Below are positions 56,385-64,000 of a stretch of 64,000 nucleotides of DNA, piece after piece. How positions within the stretch are numbered: position 1 is the first letter of the stretch; every line of letters starts with the position of its first letter. A program made the translations under genes and the position numbers. The notes under the pieces were generated by a model, which was given only the letters and a program-made list of their open reading frames with translations, was not told the origin of the DNA and did not search any database. Origin of the DNA: Nitrospirota bacterium. GTDB taxonomy: Bacteria; Nitrospirota; Thermodesulfovibrionia; Thermodesulfovibrionales; Dissulfurispiraceae. The stretch is from contig CAWBMP010000003.1 of NCBI GenBank assembly GCA_963790025.1, forward strand, positions 192,001-256,000, given 5' to 3'.

Positions 56385-57343
56385 AGGCGAGGATGGCAAT
56401 TATTGTATTAGTTGCTGTGACTATCTTCTGTCTCTCCGTTGTCGTCGGCCCGCATATTATAAACCCCTTTGCATTGGATGAGATCTCGAAAGAGATTCTT
56501 TTTTCTATCCGAGTGCCGAGAAGCATCGTTGCTGTGCTCATGGGCATGGCGCTCGGTGCGTCTGGTGCGGTACTCCAGGGTATGCTAAGGAATCCGCTGG
56601 CTGACCCGTACGTACTTGGTATCTCCGGCGGAGCGTCCCTAGCAGCCGCATGTGGCATAATTGGGGGATTTTCTTTTCTTGGAACTTTCACTGTACCTGT
56701 ACTTTCATTTGGGGGTGCGGTTGTTACTGGAGGAATGGTCGGAATAATAGGCTGGAAGAGAGGAGGTCTTTGGCCTGAGAGACTCCTCCTTGCCGGAGTT
56801 GGCCTCAGTTTCCTTTTTTCCGCTCTTCTCATGCTTCTCATGAGTCTTTCGAGCGATGATGGGCTTAGAAAGGCAATGCTCTGGATTTTCGGAGATCTCT
56901 CAATGTCTGATTGGTCAAAGATGCCTTTTGGCTGTTTCTTTATCGCAATCGGGATTGTGGTCGCAACAATACGCGCAAAAGCTTTGAATGCGCTGATTCT
57001 CGGTGATGAATTTGCACACAGCCTCGGCTTCGCACCGCACCGTGAGAGGGCCTTGCTCTTTGTCTCGGTTGCCCTCATGACTGCTGCATCCGTCTCTCTT
57101 GGCGGCATGATAGGATTTATCGGCCTGCTCGTCCCTCATATTGTGAGGAGCTTTGTAGGCTCTGATAGCAGGCTGCTCATACCTGCGTCTGCTTTTGGCG
57201 GCGGGGCACTTCTCTGTATCGCAGACGTGATCAGTCGGACGATCATGCCTCCCATGGAACTGCCTGCCGGTGTCGTGACGGCAATAATCGGAGCGCCCTA
57301 TTTCCTTTACCTGCTTGGAGGTAAGAATGTCCTTACTCGCTAA
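56381..57343 (+). CDS. btuC: Cobalamin ABC transporter permease
   Basis: RVPR, QGMLRNPLADPYVLGISGGA, GMIGFIGLLVPH, ELPAGVVTAIIGAPYF. Confidence 0.9.
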   Translation: MKARMAIIVLVAVTIFCLSVVVGPHIINPFALDEISKEILFSIRVPRSIVAVLMGMALGASGAVLQGMLRNPLADPYVLGISGGASLAAACGIIGGFSFLGTFTVPVLSFGGAVVTGGMVGIIGWKRGGLWPERLLLAGVGLSFLFSALLMLLMSLSSDDGLRKAMLWIFGDLSMSDWSKMPFGCFFIAIGIVVATIRAKALNALILGDEFAHSLGFAPHRERALLFVSVALMTAASVSLGGMIGFIGLLVPHIVRSFVGSDSRLLIPASAFGGGALLCIADVISRTIMPPMELPAGVVTAIIGAPYFLYLLGGKNVLTR

Positions 57344-58103
57344 CCCCACGATACTCGAAGCGAAAGGAATAAGTTTCTCTTATGGGAAAGATTCCGAATT
57401 TATTGAAAACCTATCATTTACTTTAGGAGAAGGAGAATTCATCGGACTTCTTGGTGCAAACGGCTCCGGCAAATCGACAATTCTCAAGCTCGGTACCGGT
57501 ATACTGAAGCCTCAGTCAGGCGAACTCAGACTCTGGGGGAAGCCTTTTAGTTCTTACAAAGACCGAGACAGGGCGAAACTCATCAGCTACCTTCCGCAGG
57601 CGCTCGATCTCAGTATCCCATTTAGAATCAGGGAACTCGTAGGCATGGGACTTTATCCCTATGACATCCCTCCTTTGATAAGCATCGACTATGCGCTGGA
57701 TATGGTCGGTCTAGGCAACAGGGGAGACTCCTATCTTTCCGATCTGAGCGGCGGAGAAAGAAGGCGGGCTTTTATAGCGATGACCCTTTTACAAGGAGCA
57801 GGGTTACTCCTTCTTGACGAGCCGCTTGCAAATCTGGACATAAAGTATCAGATAGAACTGATCAGACTCCTAATGAGGCTGAGGGACGAGAGGAACATAT
57901 CGGTCGTCATGGCATTGCACGATATCAATATTGCGATGAGATTTGAGAAAGTAATGGTAATCAAAAGCGGTATGGTGCTCGGCTTCGGCAGCCCAGACTC
58001 GGTGCTGACCGTACCGGTTATTAATGAGGCCTTTGGCGTGTTGGGCAAAATTAAAAACGCAGGTAAAAGAGAGGCCTACATAAGTTTCGAGGAGAATTAT
58101 TAG
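57327..58103 (+). CDS. btuD: Cobalamin ABC transporter ATPase
   Basis: GANGSGKST, LSGGE, LLLDEP, LHDIN. Confidence 0.9.
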   Translation: MSLLANPTILEAKGISFSYGKDSEFIENLSFTLGEGEFIGLLGANGSGKSTILKLGTGILKPQSGELRLWGKPFSSYKDRDRAKLISYLPQALDLSIPFRIRELVGMGLYPYDIPPLISIDYALDMVGLGNRGDSYLSDLSGGERRRAFIAMTLLQGAGLLLLDEPLANLDIKYQIELIRLLMRLRDERNISVVMALHDINIAMRFEKVMVIKSGMVLGFGSPDSVLTVPVINEAFGVLGKIKNAGKREAYISFEENY

Positions 58104-58266
58104 ATATGGTGGAGCTTGCTGTACTCAAGAGTAAGGTGCAGCAATTCGCGCTATATGTCGGCGTTCCTTCATTTCTAATGCATCCGGATAACAGAAATGC
58201 TTTTGCTATACACTTGCGAACAAATGTTTTACGAATAAAAGAAATATTTAGAATGGAGGCCATTTT

Positions 58267-60246
58267 ATGAGACATGGATGGATACTATTATTCGTACTGG
58301 TTATACTCCTATCACTATGGCAGGAAGTCAAGGCAGAAGAAGTTGCCACACTTCAAGAAGTGGTTGTCACAGCCACAAGATATGATGAAAATACGGCCGA
58401 TATCCCCGCCAACGTTTCGATCATAACAGAAAAAGACATTAAGGAGTCGAATGCTCAGAATATCCCCGATCTCCTGAGGAATCAGGTCGGAGTTCTGGTA
58501 AACGATATCACTGGAAGCGGGAGGTTCTACACGGTAGATCTTCGCGGTTTTGGCGAAACGGCCCCACTGAACACTCTGGTGCTTGTAGACGGCAGACGTA
58601 TAAACCAGGCTGATCTAAGCGGAGTGGACTGGATGCTTATTCCACTGGAAGATGTAGAAAGGATCGAGATTGTTCGTGGCGCCCAAGGTAGTGTTCTTTA
58701 TGGGGATAACGCTGCGGGCGGGGTCATCAACATCATCACTAAAGCAGGACTTGGCGGATTGAAAGCCGGGGCTAATCTAGCAGGAGGCAGCTATGGAACC
58801 TTCAAGGCTGGTTCGTATGTTTCCGGGAATCTGAAGGACCTATCGCTGCGACTGTCAGGGAATTATCTTACATCCGACGGCTACAGGGACAACAGCAAAA
58901 CCGACCATAAAGACACTGATTTTCATACTACCTATTCTGTTAAGGATTTCTTGAAGATAGACTTCAGCGGCGGATATCACTGGGACAATACGGGGCTTCC
59001 CGGGGCACTGACAGATAGTGATTTCGCAGCGGGATTTTCGAGAAAAGCTTCCCAATTCCCAAATGATTTTGCGAAGACTAGTGATTACTATCTTCGGCTT
59101 GTGCCAGAGTTGTATTTTTATGGTAGCGACATTTTCCGACTCGACGCATCTTTCAGAAGAAGGGATGCGCTTTCATTCAGTTCCGGAGACTGGGGGAATT
59201 TCACAGGAGACAGTGTGATTAAGACTGCTAACGTTTCTCCTCAGGTCATTATAAAAAATACTTTAGGCTCTATGAAAAACAGCGTGACGGCGGGCATTGA
59301 CTATCAAAGCGTAGACGAAAACGTCGTTGATGATTCAATCTTCTTCGGGTCGGAATCACTCGGGACCTTCAAGCTGACAGAGGATACTGTGGGGGGGTAC
59401 GTTCACGACGAGCTTGCCATCATCGATGGGTTGATCTTTTCCTCAGGATATAGGCATGAGATTGCGAACTACAGCTTCAACCCCAGCACACCTAGCAATA
59501 TCTCCATGTCGACAGACTCATATTCAGCAGGCATCAATTATACATACTCCAAGCAGTCCTATGTCTATGGAAGTTACTCAAAAAGTTTCAGGTTTCCGGT
59601 TCTTGACGAACTCTATAGCTACATTACCAATACGATAAATACCAACCTTCTCTCTCAGACAGCCGATAATTACGAGATCGGCATCAAACATTCTTTCAGC
59701 GATATATTCTCCGCACATTTAAATGTTTTCAAAATAGTTACAGATCGGGAGATTATTTACAATCCGGTGCTCTACGAGAATGAAAACCTGGATGGTATCA
59801 CTCACAGGGAAGGTGCAGAAATATCCTTTGAATCTAAAGCCACTAATTGGCTTGCGGTAAGGGGCGGATATACATTCTTGAGAGCTAAGATTGCAGGGGG
59901 CATGTTTGATGGAAGCAATGTTCCCAATGTCCCGATGCACAAGGCAACTATGGATTTGGTATGCCATGTCACAAAACAAGCGGACGCAATACTCAATGGA
60001 GTCTATATAGGGGAAAGGCCTTTTATCAGCGACTGGTCAAATAGCTTCAGTAATCAGGACGCGTATGTTCTTTTGAATGCAAAGTTCAATTATCGGTGGA
60101 AGTCTGTCAAGGCGTTTCTGAATATCAATAATCTGACAAACAAAAAATATTCTGAATACGGTGTCATAGGCGGGGTGCCTCTACAAAGGGCTTATTATCC
60201 ATCACCAACTAGGAATTTTCTGCTGGGTCTTTCTTTTGATCTCTAA
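58267..60246 (+). CDS. btuB: TonB-dependent receptor, BtuB-like
   Basis: TonB box EVVVTATR, LRGFG, LVLVDGRR, ERIEIVRG..SVLYG...GGVINIIT, C-terminal NNLTNKKY; last large gene of the B12-regulated operon. Confidence 0.85.
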   Translation: MRHGWILLFVLVILLSLWQEVKAEEVATLQEVVVTATRYDENTADIPANVSIITEKDIKESNAQNIPDLLRNQVGVLVNDITGSGRFYTVDLRGFGETAPLNTLVLVDGRRINQADLSGVDWMLIPLEDVERIEIVRGAQGSVLYGDNAAGGVINIITKAGLGGLKAGANLAGGSYGTFKAGSYVSGNLKDLSLRLSGNYLTSDGYRDNSKTDHKDTDFHTTYSVKDFLKIDFSGGYHWDNTGLPGALTDSDFAAGFSRKASQFPNDFAKTSDYYLRLVPELYFYGSDIFRLDASFRRRDALSFSSGDWGNFTGDSVIKTANVSPQVIIKNTLGSMKNSVTAGIDYQSVDENVVDDSIFFGSESLGTFKLTEDTVGGYVHDELAIIDGLIFSSGYRHEIANYSFNPSTPSNISMSTDSYSAGINYTYSKQSYVYGSYSKSFRFPVLDELYSYITNTINTNLLSQTADNYEIGIKHSFSDIFSAHLNVFKIVTDREIIYNPVLYENENLDGITHREGAEISFESKATNWLAVRGGYTFLRAKIAGGMFDGSNVPNVPMHKATMDLVCHVTKQADAILNGVYIGERPFISDWSNSFSNQDAYVLLNAKFNYRWKSVKAFLNINNLTNKKYSEYGVIGGVPLQRAYYPSPTRNFLLGLSFDL

Positions 60247-60278
60247 AAAAAGGGCAGGTTATTAACAGGAGGTTAATT

Positions 60279-60449
60279 ATGTGCTGGAAAATGCCTTTGG
60301 CTTCTAATCTGGTTGTAATTCAGAACAACGGTAAATTCTGCCCATTTGCGCTGAAAGAGGATGTACCTGAAGGGACTGTCCCCGAGTTTTGGGACTCCAG
60401 TCAGCGGTTTGTTCCGCATGTTTGGGTAAAGAGACCCAGCTTCAATTAA
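60279..60449 (+). CDS. 56-aa hypothetical small protein
   Basis: AGGAGG shortly upstream of ATG; MCWKMPLASNLVVIQNNGKFCPFALKEDVPEGTVPEFWDSSQRFVPHVWVKRPSFN; below the ORF-track cutoff. Confidence 0.45.
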   Translation: MCWKMPLASNLVVIQNNGKFCPFALKEDVPEGTVPEFWDSSQRFVPHVWVKRPSFN

Positions 60450-60750
60450 TCCTAACTTGTTTCCCGGCATGCCTTTCGACAGCGTTCATTTCCAGTCGAA
60501 CTGTCGAGAAAGTTGCGCCTTTCTGAAACTATCGATTGGTCGGTGAAACGAAGGACCGGAAAAAGTCGCCTTTCTCGCTTAATTCTTGGTTTTATCGAGA
60601 ACCTACCTCTGAGAAATCTCGGTTGAAAGTGGGTGTGACAATCGTTGAGGCTGACCTTTCGACTTTTTGTGAGCATCCGTGCGTTTCAGAAGAGTACAGG
60701 GTGCTCCCCTCTTTCTGCTATTGATTAGCCTGCCCCTGCCGGTCCCTTCC

Positions 60751-63153
60751 TTAATCAGACAGCGGCAGCCCCGCCTTCAGCCTCTCTCTTAGCAGGAACG
60801 CCTGCCCCAAAGATATGCATGCGTCATTACAGGGCACATTAATATTTGTCAGCACATTGAACCCCTGCGACACTAGCCTGTCATAAGTTCTCTCCAATAT
60901 ATAGGAGTTCTGAAAAACACCGCCGCTCAAAGCCACATTCCTGATTCCGCATTCACCGCTGATACGCGCAACAACTGTCGCAATGACTTCAATCACAGTA
61001 TTATGAAATCTGGCAGCTATCCGACCTTTTAATTCTCCTCGTTTTATGTCTTCAATTATCTGAAGGACAGTCTTGGAGAAATCGATACTTGAAGGCCCTT
61101 CACCCTCCACAGTAAAGGGATAACTGTCAGAAACACCTTCTTCAATCTCATTTTCCAGCGCTATGGCTGCTTCACCTTCAAAAGTATTCCTGTCACTGAC
61201 ACCTGCAAGCGCCGATACCGCATCAAAAAGTCTGCCGGCGCCTGATGATAGCGGCGAAAAGTTCCGGTTGCCGGTCAGCTTAACAATGGCATCGAGCCGC
61301 TGCAGCCCGTATCTATCGATGAAACCGATATCATTGAGAGATTCCATAACAGCAGCTTTAAGGGTTACAGGGTCGTTCAGACAGCGGCCAAATGCCGTGA
61401 CAATCGCGCCGATTGCGCTTCTCCAGCATTGCTTGATTGCCATTTCTCCTCCCGGCAAGGGAATATAGCCGAAATGCGCAGCCCTCACAAAACCATCTTT
61501 ACCGCATAAAAGGAATTCTCCGCCCCAGAGATTCCCGTCCGTCCCATATCCCGTTCCGTCCAGTGCAATACCAATGACCCTCTCTTTGAGGCCGCTTTCA
61601 GCAAGTATAGCTGCTATATGAGCATAGTGGTGCTGCACGGCATATCCCTTAATTTTTTGCCGCCTCATTTGCTCCAACGCCCATTGTGACGACAAATAAC
61701 CCGGGTGCAGGTCATAGGCAACGGCAACAGGTTGCGACCGGTATACCTGCTTCAGGTTTGTAAGGGTCTCCTCAAAGAAACGCAGCGTTTCGAGGTTTTC
61801 CATATCGCCTATATGCTGGCTTGTTACTGCGTAATTGCCTTTCGTCAGAGTAAAACTGTTCTTTACATCAGCCCCGCATCCGAGCACATCCGGGCCTTCT
61901 TCTTCAAGCAAAACGGGTTGGGGGGCATATCCCCTGGAGCGGCGGATAAAAAAGAATGCAGGACGCCTATAGCCTGCCTTTATCACCGAATCGTCGACTC
62001 TCATAAAGATGCCTCTGTTATGGAAAAGAAATGCGTCGGCAATGCCGGAAAGCTTGTCCAAGGCTTCGTTGTTATCGATAACGATAGGTTCCTCCGAAAT
62101 GTTTCCGCTCGTCATCACTAATGCGTCAAAGTGAGGAGAAAAAATAGGAGCTGTCCCTATTTTTTCTACAGGCTGATAAAACAAAAGATAGTGAAGCGGG
62201 GTATAGGGCAGCATAAACCCGATATATTTATTTTTCGGTGCAACGCCCCCCGAAAGCCCTTCAGCTGATGTTTCCTGCCTCACGTCCTTTTTTTTCAGAA
62301 GTACTATTGGCCTTCTCATGTCCTTCAACAGCACTTCTTCCTCTTTGGACATTTCGCAGAATTTACGGATAGCAGTGCAGTCGGGGGCCATTAAGGCGAA
62401 AGGTTTGTTGCTCTTCCTCTTTTTATCTCTAAGCAATGCGACTGCCTGTTCATTCGATGCATCGCAGCAGAGATGGAAACCCCCGAGTCCCTTGACCGCT
62501 ACAATTGCTCCTTGCCTCAGGAGAGCAATCGTTCCTGATATCGGATTCCCGGCCCTGGCGGCCGCTATATCCACGAACTGCGGATTGCTTACTGTAAGAG
62601 ATACCTGTGGTCCGCATATCGGGCAGGCATTAGGCTGGGCATGAAACCTGCGATTCGCGGGGTCATTGTACTCGCTCAGGCATTGAGGGCACATCTTGAA
62701 TTCCGCCATAGTCGTATTAGGCCGGTCATACGGCACTCTTTGGGTGATAGAATATCTCGGACCGCAATTTGTGCAGTTGATGAACGGATACAGATGGCGC
62801 CTGTCAAGCGGGTCGAACAATTCTTTCAGGCATGCGTCGCATACGGAGACATCGGGAGAAACGAGTGTGAAACCGCCTCCATCAACGCTGCTGATAATGA
62901 CGAAATCATCGTAGCCTTTTGCCGGGAGTTCCTGAACATCGATACTGTCGATCTTTGACAGCGGTGGTTGCAGTCGCTGAAGGGCATCTATAAATTCAGC
63001 GCTGTTGCAGCCTTCAGCCTCAATCACAACCCCGCCTGACGTATTTTTTATATATCCCTTGATGCCCAAATCTTTTGCTAGATTAAAAACAAAGGGCCTG
63101 AAGCCCACGCCCTGGACGATGCCTTTAACGGATAGAAGGAAACACTTCATCAA
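60751..63153 (-). CDS. hypF: [NiFe]-hydrogenase maturation carbamoyltransferase HypF
   Basis: GIVQGVGFRPF, Zn fingers (CDAC/CTNC, CPQC/CPIC), KGLGGFHL, QHHYAH, DGTGYG, SGGVFQN. Confidence 0.97.
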   Translation of the reverse strand: MMKCFLLSVKGIVQGVGFRPFVFNLAKDLGIKGYIKNTSGGVVIEAEGCNSAEFIDALQRLQPPLSKIDSIDVQELPAKGYDDFVIISSVDGGGFTLVSPDVSVCDACLKELFDPLDRRHLYPFINCTNCGPRYSITQRVPYDRPNTTMAEFKMCPQCLSEYNDPANRRFHAQPNACPICGPQVSLTVSNPQFVDIAAARAGNPISGTIALLRQGAIVAVKGLGGFHLCCDASNEQAVALLRDKKRKSNKPFALMAPDCTAIRKFCEMSKEEEVLLKDMRRPIVLLKKKDVRQETSAEGLSGGVAPKNKYIGFMLPYTPLHYLLFYQPVEKIGTAPIFSPHFDALVMTSGNISEEPIVIDNNEALDKLSGIADAFLFHNRGIFMRVDDSVIKAGYRRPAFFFIRRSRGYAPQPVLLEEEGPDVLGCGADVKNSFTLTKGNYAVTSQHIGDMENLETLRFFEETLTNLKQVYRSQPVAVAYDLHPGYLSSQWALEQMRRQKIKGYAVQHHYAHIAAILAESGLKERVIGIALDGTGYGTDGNLWGGEFLLCGKDGFVRAAHFGYIPLPGGEMAIKQCWRSAIGAIVTAFGRCLNDPVTLKAAVMESLNDIGFIDRYGLQRLDAIVKLTGNRNFSPLSSGAGRLFDAVSALAGVSDRNTFEGEAAIALENEIEEGVSDSYPFTVEGEGPSSIDFSKTVLQIIEDIKRGELKGRIAARFHNTVIEVIATVVARISGECGIRNVALSGGVFQNSYILERTYDRLVSQGFNVLTNINVPCNDACISLGQAFLLRERLKAGLPLSD

Positions 63154-63743
63154 ATAAATAATTTCATTTGGCGGACAGGTGCGTAGGTCCTGCGGTGAAT
63201 CAGACAGGGGCCATGTTTGTGTAACGCTTCCATGTGCTCCCTTGTGAAATATCCTTTGTGTACATCAAAGCCATACTCCGGATATAGCCGATGGTATTCA
63301 AGCATCGCATGGTCCCTCGCAACTTTTGCAAGTATTGAGGCCGCACTTATTGCGGGGACTCTGTCGTCACCCTTTACAATCGCCTCTATCGGGATATCAA
63401 GAATGGGAGCATGGTTCCCATCAACCAAGACCTTTTGAGGCCTGATCTCCAAACCTTCCACAGCACGTTTCATGGCAAGGAGGGTGGCATGAAGAACATT
63501 AAGTCTTTCGATTTCTTCCAGACTGGCCTTGCTTATGCACCAGCTCAGTGCGTAAAGCTTTATTTCTTCACTCAGTGCCTCGCGCCTGCCGGCTGTCAAT
63601 TTCTTTGAATCGGCAAGTCCTTCAATGGGACGATCCGGATTCAGGATCACCGCGCCGACATAGACTTCGGCTGCCCCGGATCCACGCCCCGCCTCGTCTA
63701 CTCCTGCTATCCTAACCGCCGCATCAACGGCATAAGGATCCAT
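63150..63743 (-). CDS. rnhB: Ribonuclease HII
   Basis: GVDEAGRG, LADSKKL, LVDGN, VKGD, ISAASILAKVARD, HKGY, IHRRTY. Confidence 0.93.
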   Translation of the reverse strand: MDPYAVDAAVRIAGVDEAGRGSGAAEVYVGAVILNPDRPIEGLADSKKLTAGRREALSEEIKLYALSWCISKASLEEIERLNVLHATLLAMKRAVEGLEIRPQKVLVDGNHAPILDIPIEAIVKGDDRVPAISAASILAKVARDHAMLEYHRLYPEYGFDVHKGYFTREHMEALHKHGPCLIHRRTYAPVRQMKLFI

Positions 63744-63750
63744 GAAAGCG

Positions 63751-64000
63751 CTATTTTGCTTCCCTGGATTTTTCCCTGATTTTTGCCTCTTTGCCCTTTT
63801 TGTCCCTGATGTAGTAAAGTTTTGCCTTCCTTATACGGCCCCGTTTTATGGTCTCTATCTTGTCTATGGAAGGCGAATGCACAGGGAATATCCTTTCTAC
63901 TCCTACACCGAAAGACATCTTCCGCACCATAAAGGTTTCCCTTACACCGCTGCCTTTGCGGGCGATTACTGTTCCCTCAAATGGCTGGAGCCGCTCTTTG
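63751..64000 (-). CDS. rplS: 50S ribosomal protein L19, 5'-truncated by the window edge
   Basis: Manual translation: [43 protein letters not shown]...[29 protein letters not shown]. Confidence 0.97.
   Translation of the reverse strand, partial: KERLQPFEGTVIARKGSGVRETFMVRKMSFGVGVERIFPVHSPSIDKIETIKRGRIRKAKLYYIRDKKGKEAKIREKSREAK

Larger units (their letters stand above)
53360..60753. mobile_element. Putative non-autonomous cassette bounded by perfect 27-bp inverted repeats, carrying the B12 uptake operon
   Basis: taaggaagggaccggcaggggcaggct (53360-53386) is the exact reverse complement of agcctgcccctgccggtcccttcctta (60727-60753); no transposase recognised inside. Confidence 0.65.

Noticed and set aside
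60452..60726. Transposase remnant inside the right inverted repeat
   Set aside because: Short ORFs here show no DDE, HUH or recombinase motif that I can recognise.

Overview
Bacterial chromosomal window of roughly 50% GC. Gene content suggests an anaerobic Gram-negative such as Nitrospirota/Thermodesulfovibrionia or a deltaproteobacterial lineage (inference only). In order: (1) an iscR-tusA-iscS operon whose IscS lacks the PLP lysine; (2) a type II secretion cluster, gspD plus gspGEFHIJKLM(C), with palindromic repeats inside two pseudopilin leader peptides; (3) dedA, nupC and a REC-PilZ regulator; (4) a ~28 kb multiheme cytochrome / extracellular electron transfer island (16.4-44 kb; by manual count 72 CXXCH plus 4 CX3-4CH motifs in 11 proteins). 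The island centres on an OmcE-like tetraheme nanowire subunit followed by NHL lipoproteins, a pentaheme lipoprotein, a beta-barrel, a SurA/PpiC chaperone and an OmcE-fusion cytochrome. It also holds two large paralogous octaheme-PKD cytochromes with near-identical 3' ends, divergent sigma-54 promoters, and a PhnD / heme-kinase / sigma-54 activator trio; (5) tsaD (apparent CTG start), system II heme maturation (ccsA, resB), a His-less pseudokinase, a pabB/trpE-family gene, pyrF and dcd; (6) a 7.4 kb cobalamin-riboswitch cbiZ-btuFCD-btuB cassette bounded by perfect 27-bp inverted repeats; (7) hypF, rnhB and partial rplS. All calls come from reading motifs by eye; no searches were run.
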